Positions 45,495-60,836 of a stretch of DNA of 64,000 bases are shown one piece after another. Below the pieces are notes generated by a model that saw only the letters and a program-made list of their open reading frames with translations, was not told the DNA's origin and did not search any database. Numbering within the stretch: position 1 is the first letter of the stretch; every line of letters begins with the position of its first letter. Origin of the DNA: the human T2T-CHM13v2.0 reference genome, Homo sapiens; the NCBI RefSeq assembly GCF_009914755.1, contig NC_060934.1, one strand, 5' to 3'. The translations under genes and the position numbers were made by a program.

Positions 45495-48400
45495 TCACTG
45501 CTGAATTTTACCAAACATTTAAAGAACTAATACCAATCCTACTCAAACTGTTATAAAAAAATACAGGAAGAGGGAATATTTCCAAACTCTTTCTACAAGG
45601 CCTGTATTACCCTAATACCAAAACCATACAAAGACACATAAAAAAAATACAGGTAAATATCTCTGATGAATATTAATGCAAAAATCCTTCACAAAATACT
45701 AGCAAACTGAATTCAACAATACATTGAAAAGATCGTTTTTGAGACCAAGTGGGATATATCGCTGGGATGCAAGAATGGTTCAACATACGCAAATCAATCA
45801 ATGTGATACATCATATCAGTGGAATGAAGGCCAAAACCATATGATCATTTCAACTGATGCCAAAAAAACATCTGACAAAGTTCAACATCTCATGATGATA
45901 AAACCCCTCAAAACACTGGGAAGAGAAGGAACATGCCTCAACGCAATAAAGGCCATATACAACAGACCCTTAGCTAGTATCATACTGAATGGGGGAGAAC
46001 TGAAAGCCTTTCCTCTAATATCTGGAACAAGATAAGGAGCCCACATTCACCACTGTTACTCAACAGAGCTCTGGAAGTCCTAGCTAGAGCAATCAGACAA
46101 GAAAAAGAAACAAAGGGCATCCAAACTGGAAAAGAAGAAGTCAAATTATCCTTGTTTGTAGATGATATGACTATATGCTTGGAAAAAACTAAAGACTCCA
46201 CCAGAAAACTATTAGAACTGAAAAACACTCAGTAGAGTTGCAGTATACAAAATCAACATTGAAAAACCAGTAGCATTTCTATATGCCAACAGTGAACAAT
46301 GTGAAAAATTTAAAAAGTAATCCCATTTACACTACCCACAATACAATTAAGTATCTAGGAATTAACAAATGAAGTGAAAGATCTCTACAATGAAAACTAC
46401 AAAACACCAATGAAAAAAATTGAAAAGGACACAAAAAATGGAAAGATATTCCATGTACATGAATTGGAAGAATGAATATTGTTAAAATGTGCATACTACC
46501 CAAAGCAATCTACAGATTCAATGTGATTCCTCTCAATATACCTATGACATTCTTCATAGAAATAGGAAAAACAATCCTAAAATTTATTTGGAACCGCAAA
46601 AGACCCAGAATAGCCAAAGCTATCCTGAGCAAAAAGAACAAAACTCAAAGAATCACAATTACCTGACTTTGAATTATGCTACAGAGCTACAGTAACCAAA
46701 ACAGCATAGTATTGACATAAAAACAGACACACAGACCAATGGAACAGAATAGAGAACCCAGAAACAAATCCATACACCTACAGTGAATTCATTTTTGACA
46801 AAGGTGCCAAGAACATACATTGGGGAAAAGACAGTTTCTTCAATAAACGGTGCTGGGAAAACTGAATATCCACATGCAGAAGAATGAAACTAGACCCCTA
46901 CCTCTCACTGTACAAAAAAATAAAAAAAAATGGATTAAAGACTTAACTCTAAGACCTCAATCTATGAAACACCTATAAGAAAACGTTGGAAAAACCCTCT
47001 AGGCCATTGGCTTGGGCAAAAATTTCTTGAGTAATACACGACAAGTTCAGGCAACCAAAGTGAAAAATGAACAAATGGGATCACATCGAGTTAAAAAGCT
47101 CCGACACAGTGAAAGAAACAATCAGCAAAGTGAAGATACAACCCACAGAATGGGAGAAAATATTTGCAGACTACCCCTCTGACAAAGGATTAATAACCAG
47201 AATATATGGAGAGCTCAAACAATGACATAGAAAAGAATCTAATAATGCCATTAAAAATGGGTGAAAGATCTTAATAGATATTTCTCAAAAGAAGAGATCC
47301 AAATGGCAATCAGGCATATGAAAAGGTGCTCAACATCATTGATTATCAGAGAAATGCATGTCAAAACTACAATGAGATATCATCTCAACCCAGTTAAAAT
47401 GGCTTTTATCCAAAAGTCAGGCAATAACAAATGCTGGTGAAGATATGGAGAAAAAGGAACTCTCATACACTATTGGTGGGAGTATAAATTAGTACAACCA
47501 TTATGGAGAATAGTTTGGAGGTGCCTCAAAAAACTGAAAATACAGATACCATATGATGTAGCCATGCCACTGCCTACTGGGTATATACTGAAAAAAAAGT
47601 AAATCAGTGTATTGAAGAGATAGCTGCACTCCCATATTTGTTACAGCACTGCACACAATAGCAAAGATTTGCAAGCAATCTTAGTGTCCATCAACAGATG
47701 AATGGATAAAGAAAACATGGTGCATATACACAACGGAGTACTATTCAGCCATAAAAAAGATTGAGTTTTTGTCATCTGCAACAACATGGGTGGAACTGGA
47801 GGTGATCATGTTAAGTAAAATAAACCAGGTACCGAAAGACAAACATGACATGTTCCCACTTACTTGTGGGATCTAAAAGCAAAACAGTTGAACTCACGGA
47901 GATAGAGAATAGAGGGATGGTTACCAGAGGCTGGGAAGGGTAATGCAGGGTTGGGGATGAGGTGGGGATGGTTAATGGGTACAAAAAATATCTAGTTAGA
48001 AAGAATGAATAAGACCTGGTATTTGATAGCACAATGGGGGAGATATAGTCAATGATAATTGTACATTTAAAAATAACTAAGAGTGCTGGGTTGTTTGTAA
48101 CACAAAGCATAAATGCTTGGGGGGTTAGATAACCCATTTTCCATGGTGTGATTATTACACTTATATGCTTGTACCAAAATATCTTATGCACCCCATAGAT
48201 ACATACACCTACTATGTACCCACAAAAATTAAAAAAAAGAAAGGCATGCTAATGATGTAATGTGATTTTTTAAATGCTGATTGTAAATGGATCACTGTGT
48301 GGATGTCAGAATTGTGGGGTCTCCAATAGACAGCCACTTACATGTAAAATGACAGTTGCCACCGGCAAGTCTAGAAATCAAGGAATTAAGAAAATCCACT

Positions 48401-49950
48401 CCAGTTGGGAGCCTAGTTGTCTCTGGTTTCTGTGTTTTCCCAGGATATCTAGGGTGGTCAATTTTGGCCAAAGGAGGCCTACCACAGTTCAGGCCACATG
48501 GAAGACCCAATCCATTCTAGTGAGGTAACCTGTTTTTAAAATAAAATCTCAGATTGTGGTTTCCTGAGTGTCAAAATGGGTTGAGGGTTCGGTCCTCCAG
48601 AGAGCAATTATACCTGCTTCTGCTGATGTCCTTTTAGCAGAAAATTCCTGGCTTGTGGTCTTCCAGAGTGAATCTATGGCCCAGGGCTTCCTGGGGACAC
48701 AATGATGATGGGTGCGACTCTCACCGCTCGCAGTCACAGTCATTTCCCTGCTATTTCTCCCACGAGGACAGGGATTTTTCTCCTTGATGCTTTCTCCGAA
48801 GCTGCAGCCCTGTGTGCCCTGTAATCCGACTTCTGCCCTCACAAGCTCCTGGTTTTGCTGCTCATCTTCTCTGCTCTGGGTCACCTGGCATCAGTAGGTG
48901 CCCCAAGGTAACACTTGGCTTCTGTGTTCCACTTACCCTAAATGAACTTGTGTTCTGGCCTCAGAAAACTTACAACTTCACTATTTTTTAAGTTCATGTA
49001 GGCATGCATGTAAAAAGGGGTGATTTTTATATTTTATCTGGTACTTTTAGTGTGAAGGTTTCGGGCTATCTTATCTACACTGTATTTCCAAAAACTGAAG
49101 TCCTATTTCTTGGATTGTTTTTAAAAGTTCTGATGTTTGCACAATTATGGGAACCATGGACTTTTTAGCATACTGCCCTAAGAAATGGGGAAATAAATGA
49201 GGGAGGAAGCTGGGTTAGAAAGTGTCAGGCAAAGGGGGAAGTGAGGAAGAGCTGGTAGACTCACCCGGAGTCCCCAGGTGGTGAGGATGGCTGGGTGGAA
49301 GCCATGGATAGAGTGGCTGCGTGCATGTGTGTGTCTGCACGTGTGTGATGTAGGTGAATACTGATGTCTACAGCAGAAGAGTGGATGCTGGACGGCAGGC
49401 AGTGCTAGAGAGCCTGGCAATTGTTGCTGTTCTATACAAACAGCAACAAGGCTTGTTGAAATTGCTTGAGTGAAATGGCATCGGTGCTTAGGAGGCAGAA
49501 AGGTAGGATCTGCTATGACCTCAGATGATGACAAGGGCCAGGATGAAGCCACCTTAGAAGGAGATGTAGGAGAGTGCTTGGGAAGGAACAAGGCAGCAAG
49601 CTAGGAATGAGAGGCCAGGGAGTGGAAATGGTCCTGACATGGACATTAGAATGCATGGCTCCAAATCTTGGATCTGGGGCCAGTGAGCCCTCTGGGAAGC
49701 TGCTTGATCTCTTAGGATGACAACTTCCTCATCTGTCCAATGGAGGTTTAATCAAATATCTGTGGGGTCCCTTCCAGCTTCAATTTTACCAATCTGTGAT
49801 TAGATATGAAAAGGACAAAGAAGAGGTGGCGGTAGTTGTTTTTTCAGTGTGTGAGAGGATGCCATTTCCATCTTATACTATTTATACATGTAGGCTTTGG
49901 GGGTATATGTGGGAAATGACATAGAATATGACAAAAAAAATCTTTTTTAG

Positions 49951-50253
<303 letters not shown>

Positions 50254-50329
50254 AAAATCAATTGTTAATAGTATTGTGCTCCCGAAGTGCATTAACTCGT
50301 CTGAATTGACTAATTTATGATTATGATTA

Positions 50330-50623
50330 TTATTATTTGAGACAGGGTCTTGCTCTGTTGCCCAGGTGGGAGTGCAGTGGTGCGATCATGGCTCACCATA
50401 GCCTCGACCTCATGGGCTCAGGTGATTCTCCTGCCTCAGTCTCCTGAGTAGCTGGGACTACAGGGGTGCACCACCATGTCTGCCTAATTTTTTTTTTTTT
50501 TTGGTAGAGATAGAATCTCACTGGGTATCATAGTATCACTATGATACCCAGGCTGGTCTCAAACTCCTGGCCTCAGACAATCCTCCTACCTTGGCCTCTC
50601 AAAGTGAGCCTCTACGTCTGGTC
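50330..50623 (-). mobile_element. Alu (AluJ-like) with fold-back insertion
   Basis: Antisense dimer; perfect inverted repeat at 50521-50551. Confidence 0.88.
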
Positions 50624-51139
50624 TTCATTATTATTATTTACTCAATAAATATGCACAGAGGTTTGATTACGTGCCTCGCCCCATTCTAGCTGCTGAGGGT
50701 GAACCGTAAACAAGCCCTGGTTTCTAGTGGCGGGCACAGCCTTCACAGGCCATGTCAAATTGTTTAGCAATTATTCACATGATGTCCTCCCTCTCTGGCC
50801 TCCTTAGCTAGACTGAAAGCATCTTAAAATTAGGGGCCATGGTTTATACTTCTGACCATCACGTTCTGTGGACCGTGGTGTAAGATACTAGTGACTGTAA
50901 AAAATCAGGCTGGTGGAAATATATACATGATTTCATTTTTATCTCACAACTACTTGGTGAAGAAGGACAACTGTCAGCATCCCGGTCTTTACTTCCAGCC
51001 GTGAGGCAGAGATAAGGGGCAGGTTAGCATGAGATGAAGGACCTATGTCTTAACTCTTTGGACAGTGTGAGTTTTATGAGATTGGCCACCTTCAACTTGA
51101 GATGTCAACAAGCAACCTAGGCTATGGGGCAGTCTAGGA

Positions 51140-51310
51140 TGGCGATTAAGAGCACAGGTTTTGGAGTCAAGACAGATCTGGGTTCAAGTTAATTCCTGAG
51201 CTGACCTCCTCATCTACAAAGTGCGGTTAATGGTGTCCCCCTCCGACGGTATTGTGAGGATTTGCACTACAACTGCCAAATGGTTAACAACTCAACAAAA
51301 GGGCTTACTA
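51140..51310 (+). mobile_element. MIR
   Basis: ttaagagcacaggttttggagtcaagacagatctgggttcaa...ctcatctacaaa...gtgaggatt. Confidence 0.7.
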
Positions 51311-51549
51311 TTATTTTTCCTATCTTGATGGAAATTCAGGAGTCAATGATGAGAATGAGAAGCACTGGGGGTAGAGTGGCAGCTGGATTCAAGATGATCA
51401 TCACTTTGATTAGAAGTTCCCTTTGTCATTTTGCATTCTTGCCCTTTGCTCTGCATTCAGAAGTTAAACTGCTTTCTCTGATCTGGTCTATGATTTATCC
51501 ACAATGCTAAAACTTGCAATGCTTGGATCCTATGTTGATGTATATACTA

Positions 51550-52050
51550 GGCACACAGACCAATGGAACGGAATATATAACCCAGAAATAAATCCATTTG
51601 GGGTTATCAGTTTACAGCCAACTGATCTTTGACAAAGTGAACAAAAACATAAAGTGGGGAAAGGAAGTTCTTTTCAACAAATGATGCTGGGATAATTGGC
51701 AAGCCACATATAGGAGAATGAAACTCTCACCTTATAAAAAATCAACTCAAGATGGATTAAAGGCTTAAACCTAAGACCTGAAACTATAAAAACTCTAGAA
51801 GATAACATTGGAAAAACCCTTCTAGACATTGGCTTATGCAAGGATTTCGTGACCAAAAACCCAGAAACAAATGCAATAAAAACAAAGATAAATCGCTGGG
51901 GCCTAATTAAACTAAAGAGCTTTTGCATGGCAAAAGGAATAGTCAGCAGAATGAACAGACAACCCAAGGAGTGGGAGAAAATCTTCACAATCTATACATC
52001 TGACAAAGGACTGATATCCAGAATCTACAACAAACTCAAACAAATCAGCA
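51550..52050 (+). mobile_element. L1PB-like ORF2 fragment
   Basis: gataacattggaaaaacccttctagacattggctta...aaaacaaagataaat. Confidence 0.85.
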
Positions 52051-52194
52051 TGGTTCTTGATATTCTTCTATTTGTGCTTCACATTTTTGTTGATCCCAGA
52101 ATAACTGTTTTAAAGTTTCTGTTGGGCAGAGACATGGCGCATATACTTAGTTTACTTTGTGTGCTTATTGTTATTCCATCACTGGTATTGGGTT

Positions 52195-52390
52195 TTATTT
52201 ATTTATTTATTTATTTTAGATTCAGGGTGTACATGTGTATGTTTGTCATATAGGTATACTGCATAATGCTGAGGTTTGGGCTTCTAGCATACCCATCACC
52301 CAAAAAGTGAATCTTGTACCCAACCGGTAATTTCTGTAACCCTCACCCTCTTCCTGACTTCTCCCATTTTGGAGTCCCCAGTGTCTGTTA
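52195..52390 (-). mobile_element. L1PB/L1PA17-like 3' end
   Basis: ttttagattcagggtgtacatgtg...ttttggagtccccagtgtct. Confidence 0.75.
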
Positions 52391-52416
52391 TTTATTTATT
52401 TATGTATTTAAGTTCT

Positions 52417-52719
<303 letters not shown>

Positions 52720-54152
52720 CTTCTGTCTTTTCCTATACGAAATCTTAGGCTTGGTACATACCATTGGATTTAATGTAATTTAATTAAACAAATACATTTT
52801 GAAGGCCTACTAGGGTAAATCTTTGAGGACAAATAACATGACATCCCTGTTCTTAAGTCGTCTGGAGGACTGGTGATGTGGATTTAGATTTCCCTTTAGG
52901 CCCACCCAAACCCCTACTTCATTGGTAATTGGCAGGATTCTTGCTTAAACAAAGTTTAAAGAGTTTAGAATGCTATACACAGGATCACTAAGCTCTCCAG
53001 GTTTTACTTTGCCTTTTATAGGTGCAAAATCTTCCTCTTTCTTTTATCCCCTATTACTCTTGTGATGGCATAAAACACTTGAACAGCTAAGACCAGGTAT
53101 TACTTGTCTCTTGGCTAGGTTTCTAACTGGAATTCCGCTCACGTGATTCTCTATAAAACAGAATATTTAACAGTTGCCTGGCTTCATGTTTTGATGAATA
53201 ATCATTGAGATATATATATATTTCCCTGAAATGGAAAGTATCATTTATACTTTCTACTGGAATTGGCTGGTAGTTTCCATAGCTGCTCAAATTCTTGCTG
53301 ATTACTCTTGAATAGATCCTTTTCTTTTGCCAGCTCTCCTTATGTAAACCGTCTTTATTTTCATTGGAGAGTCTATTATAAGTACAATTACCTGTTAATA
53401 TTAGAATAATTTCTTATTCCAGCTGGCAGAGAACTAACTGCTGATTCTCTTGTTTTTGGCATCTAAGTGCTAAGGAAGTGTACACGCCCTGACCTAGAAT
53501 TGTGGACTTCGTGTTTGGAAAACTGTAAAGCATTTAACATCTCTAGTGACTCATGAGAACGCTTCACACTCCTCAAAACATCATTTTCATTACAGGAATC
53601 TCCTGTTATTCCCTAAATTAGTTTTCTTCTTAAACCAATAATTTATAGGTTGTCTTCTTAAACCAATAAACTTACTTATTTCATTGAATCATTTAATTAC
53701 AAAACATAATGTTGCCTCAATTTTGCTGTTGAATGATTCAATATTTACTTTAAACTCAATGTGAAATAAAAACAGCTATTTCGATATTTCGATTCACTCA
53801 AACAAGTGGCAATTTGTGAATTTTAAAAAAAGCAGATTAAATAACACAGCAAAAATATAAAATTGTTGTTTTGGCAATTTACACAACCATCCCTCCAAAC
53901 CTGATTTCTTAAATTTTTCACTTTCCAAACAATATTGAATTGTTCTAAATGAGACAGTTAAAGCTAAGATAATAGCTTTGATTTTGTCAAAATGTATTGG
54001 AAATTCTCCACTCTTTCTTGGCTTTTAAGGAGAAAGGACTTAAGGGCAACTTGGGTTTACTAGTGGGTTTTTGCAGTACTGATGGAAGATGGGCATAGAG
54101 GATTGGAAGATGTCTAGAGAATTTTGAATTTAGATGTATAAGAAAGTGCATA

Positions 54153-54451
54153 GAGCCCACGTGTGGTGGCTCACGCCTGAAATCCCAGCACTGTGGGAAG
54201 CCAAGGCGGGAGGATCGCTTGAGGTCAGGAGTTCAAGACCACCCTGGCCAACACAGCGAAACCCCGTCTCTACTAAAAATACAAAAAAATTAGTTGGGCG
54301 TGGTGGCATGTGCCTGTAGTCCCAGCTACTCTGGAGGCTGAGGCACGAGAATCACTCAAGCCAAGATCATGCCACTGCACTCCAGCCTGGTGACAAAGCA
54401 AGACTCCATCTCAAACAAAAAAAAAAAAAAAGAAGAAGAAAAAAAAAAAAA
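54153..54451 (+). mobile_element. Alu (AluS-like) with right-arm deletion
   Basis: TSD aagaaagtgcatag. Confidence 0.9.
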
Positions 54452-54802
54452 GAAAGTGCATAGACACTCAGAAGGGATAAAAAATCTCTTAGAAGAAGAG
54501 TTTCAAGGGGCTTTTCATTTTGTATTTTGAGGGAAGAAGGAAAAGACCAGGAGAAATTGTAAGCAGGTGCCATGAGAAGTGGGACTTTTGGGTAAGAAAT
54601 GAATTAAGAGATTTTTAGAGGAAGACTTTTTGTGGTATAATGCAATTTCTCCTTTGCTGCCTCCTATTGGGATGTTTAGTAAACACTCATCTTACTTTTC
54701 TAATCTCTTCGAAGTTATATATGTTCCTTTTCTTTGTGCCACTCTGCTAAGACCAGCATCAAGGTGGCCTGGTTTAATTAGGTTTAATTTCAGATTTCTC
54801 AT

Positions 54803-55562
<760 letters not shown>

Positions 55563-56399
55563 TTACTAGAGTTAGAAGAAATCTTGGAGAACATCTAATC
55601 CACTCTCACTGTGTCGCTAAGAAGTATAAAGCAGTAAAAAGTCATGAATTGCCCAAGTTTACCAGCTACACTTCTGTTTTCCCCAGTGGGATTTTGAATA
55701 CTTATTTTATTCTTCATAATTCAGCTCAGTCATTATTACTTTCTATAATTCCTTTTCTGACCAATTTGCTTAGTTTTTCTTTGTGCTCTCTCTCCAAACA
55801 TGTTTTTTTTTTTAAATCAAAATTTGAATATATTTGCTTTTGTGTAGGTTTTTCACAACCTGAAGAATTTTGGATAAAGTCTTCAGGAATTTCTAGACAA
55901 CCTAAGGCATGCACTAAAAAACCTCACTGAGCTTTCCACTTGGGGATCAGGTAGAAAAAAATGCTCCTTAGTGTCTATATTACTTATTTAGGGAGAATGC
56001 TTATCTCATATAGGAGGAACTACTGTCTGCTCTTTTATCTGAGGGAGGAAGTGACTTATTTAATCAGTGAGACTGGAAAAAGGAACTAAGTAGGAATAAC
56101 TTAACTCTTTCCCTTTGCCTCTGGCTTACCTGCCCAAAAGTGTATTGGTTTCTGCCTCAGTTTTCCATGAGGCAAGCACACACAGTCTACCTTGTAAATT
56201 ATGGAATTGTTTCCTTCTTTCCTCACTCCTGTGGTCGAATATGTGTTAGGCAGCACTTTGGAGGAACAGTGCCTGCTCTGCAGATGAAAATTCTCCCTCG
56301 GGAAAGTTGTCCCAAGGTTTAGATTTCAGGTGGAATATTAGAAAGCTCTTTTTAACCCTTTTCCCATTTAGAAAAAAGTGCAGCTCACTGCCAGCACTG

Positions 56400-56737
56400 A
56401 TTTTATTTTTATATTTTTATTATATATATATATATATATAATTTTTTTTTTTTTTTAAGACAGGATCTCACTCTATCGCCCAAGCTGGAGTGCAGTGGCA
56501 CAATCTTGGCTCAGTGCAACCTCCATCTCCTGGATTCAAGCGATTCTCCTGTCTCAGCCTCCTGAGTAGCTAGGACTACAGATGCCTGCCACCACACCTG
56601 GCTAATTTTGTATTTTTAGTAGAGACAGGGTTTCACCATATTGGCCAGGCTGGTCTCGAACTCCTGAACTCAAGTGATCTGTCTGCCTTGTCCTACCAAA
56701 GTGCTGGGATTACAGGCATGAGTCACTGCACCCAGCC
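56400..56737 (-). mobile_element. Alu (AluS-like) in MER75
   Basis: Antisense dimer with AT-rich tail. Confidence 0.9.
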
Positions 56738-56826
56738 TCATTTGATTTTATATAAACACATTCTTTGAGGCTGAAGCCAATCTGACTGATTTTCAATGTG
56801 AAAACAAAATATAAAAACTGTTCTTG

Positions 56827-57132
<306 letters not shown>

Positions 57133-57192
57133 AACTGTTCTTGGAATTATTTCTAAACAGAACTAACATAAAAACTAACGAAAAAAAATTCA

Positions 57193-57420
<228 letters not shown>

Positions 57421-58988
57421 CTAGAGCTATGTGAAAATAATAATAAGTGTGATATTTCATGGCAGAGTTATCTTGGGATAAACGAGAGCCGCCGGAGAGT
57501 ATTTTCAGGACAAATGGGAAATGGATTAGATATTTTTCTCAAACTCAGCCTTATCAGAAATGAAGTTATTATATTTTTTCTGTTCATTTTATTTTTACAC
57601 AGTTTCATTTAAACACACTTTCTCAGGAATTTCTACAGATATTTAGCTTTCTTCATGTTCTCTTAGAGGAAAAGAAGCTATTTCAAGGCATCTGTGAAAT
57701 CTATGAATACAATGGAACAGAACCTTATTGCATAGAAATTATGCTCATCGAAGGTAATATCTTCTTAAATTCTGGATTTCTTCCAGATTTCTACTCTGAA
57801 ACATTTTGCTTTATTTCAGTGAAATTATAGTATTTTGGGTAACTTGTGAATCTTGACATTCTGGCAGGAATTTATCTTATCGAAGTGAAGAATTGTGTTA
57901 ATCAAAGCAGCCAATAATAAGTAACCATAACAATGAATTTTCAAAGTAAGATTTATAATACACAGAGGTCATAGTTCAAATGAGACCAAAACATGTCCAA
58001 ATTTGATTTTCATATACATATTTACAAACATGTTTGTAGTAAATGTTTTGGATTTTAATGGTCAGTTGAAGAAAAGCATATACTGTATTTGCTTCTACTC
58101 CTGGGAACTTTTCTGGGACTAAGATAAAATATCAGTCAGTTTTAACAGTGTGAGCCAGCTAACATTATTGAAATTATTATTTTAATCTCTATTTCTTTAG
58201 TTACATTCTCATTTTCCCCCTGCACTCATATGTGGGAAGAAATGTTTCATTAAATATACTCAAAGTCAGAACAATGTAAAAGGAAGCAAAATAAATTTCT
58301 ATGTTTCTATTGAAAAAAGACATCAGACTCAAGAGGCATTATAATCCCCTATTAGGGTCAACACAAAGGAACAACATAATAAAAGGGACACATAATAAAA
58401 CTGCTAAAGAAAACAGAAAGCCAGTAAGAAAGCCCTAAAAGCAGCCTGAGGATAATAAAACATATGACCCCCAAAGAAACAACAATAAGATTGACAGCTG
58501 ACCTCAAAACAGAAACAATGAAAGCCAGAATTCAATGCAATGTTATTTTCCTAGTGACGAAAAAAATTAACTGGAAACCTAGAATTCTACAGTCAGTAAA
58601 AATATCCTTTAAAATTATTATAAAATAAAGATATTTTTAGAGAGAATGTATTACCAGCACATATGTACTAAAAGAAAAAAGACTAATAAAATGAATACAC
58701 CTCTGGCAGGACAGATCAAGGAAAAGATGGAAGGAAGGAAGAGAGAAAAAGAGGTAAGGAGAAGGTACAACCAGGATCAAGAATAAAAAGGGAACATCAC
58801 CGTAGATCTTACAGTTATTAAAAAATATGTTGACAGACCTTATGGACAGCTTTTTTTGCAATAAATTGGAAAAGTATGTAAATACCTCAAAAAAGATAGC
58901 TTACCCAAACTGACAGAATAAGTAGTAGAAAAAAAATAGTATTATGTATATCAACTACTTAGAATCTATCATTTAAAACCTTCCAACA

Positions 58989-59380
<392 letters not shown>

Positions 59381-60178
59381 CTACCAGAGGACAAAAAAGG
59401 GAATGTTTTTCAAGTTTTTAAATGAGTTTGGTATAACTTTAATACAAAGTCTGACAAGTACATTAGAAGAAAAGACAATTGTAGGCCTATACTTTTCATG
59501 AACAGAGAAGCAAAAATCCAAAACAATATTACAGCAAATTTAGTCCAATTATATAAAGAAGGATAATGAATCTTGACCAAGTGAGGTTTATTCCTAGAAT
59601 GCAAAATTAGCTGAAAATTTTAAAATCAGCCTATGTAATCCACTAAATTAACTAATAAAGAAAACATGATAATCTTAATACATACAGAAAAATCATTTGA
59701 TAAAATTTCTGATTAAAGAAAATCTCAGTAAAATAGGAGTAGAATGGGACTTTCTTAATCTGGTTACAGGCATCTACAAAAAACCCTACAGGTAACATTA
59801 GACTTAGTGGTGAAATCATGACTGTTTTCTCCTTGTAGGGGGATTTCTCCACTAACATTGTTTCTATCCAGCATTGTACTGGAGGTCATAGTCAATGCAA
59901 TAAGGTCATAGTCAGTGCAATAAGGTATGTATAAGGCATAAAACAAGAAAAGTATAAAGATCATAAAGAAATTATCATCTTCACGTATTACATGGTTATA
60001 TGTATAAAACAATCTAAAAGAATGTCACTGAGCACTCTTCATGCTATTCATCAAAGAGCATAAATGAATTTTTGATGAATTGCTCTTTGATGAATAGAGC
60101 AATTCATCAAAAATTCATTTTGTATAACAAAATTCATTTGTTATACAAATTATTGGACATAATATGTGAATTTAACAA

Positions 60179-60836
60179 TTTTTTTTTTGAGATGAGATTT
60201 CATTGTCATCCAGGCTGGAGTGTAGTGGTGATATGGTTTGGCTGTGTCCCCACCCAAATCTCATCTTGAATTGTAGCTCCCATAATTCCCACGTGTTGTG
60301 GGAGGGACCTGGTGGGAGATAACTGAATAATGGGGGCAGTTTCCCCCATACTGTTCTCATTGTAGTAAATAAGTCTCACGAGATCTCACGGTTCTATAAG
60401 GGGAAACCCCTTTTGCTTGGCTCTCATTCTCTCTTGTCTGCCACCATGTAAGATGTACCTTTTGCCATGTTTGTGAGGCCTCCCCAGCCATGTGGAACTG
60501 TGAGTCTATTAAACCTCTTTTTCTTTACAAATTACCCAGTCTCAGGTGTGTCTTTATCCGCATTGTAAAATGGACTAATACAAGTGGTGTGATCACAGCT
60601 CACTGAAGCCTTGACCCCCCCGAGCTCAAGCGATCCTCCCACCTCAGCCTCTTGAGTAGCTGGGACTACAGGCACCCGATGCCATGCCCAGCTAAATTTT
60701 TTTTTTTTTTTTTTTTGTAGAGACAGGGTTCCGCTATGCTGGTCAAGCTGGTTTTGAACTCCTGGGCTCAAGCTATCCTCCCACCTCAGCCTCCCAAAGT
60801 GTTAGGATTACAGGCCTGAACTACAGCACCTGACCC
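60179..60836 (-). mobile_element. AluJ-like split by THE1 LTR
   Basis: Alu reads ...ggagtgtagtgg | THE1 | agtggtgtgatcacagctcactg... Confidence 0.88.
60229..60582 (+). mobile_element. THE1C-like MaLR solo LTR
   Basis: TGATATGGTTTGGCTGTGTCCCCACCC...GGACTAATACA; 5-bp TSD agtgg (60224-60228, 60583-60587). Confidence 0.93.

Noticed and set aside
48240-49150. Possible old L1M/HAL1 5' fragment on the minus strand
   Set aside because: Resemblance too weak to call without an alignment.
60044-60149. CRISPR-like array or MITE
   Set aside because: No regular repeat-spacer periodicity and no TSD-bounded terminal repeats; eukaryotic context; better explained by template switching.
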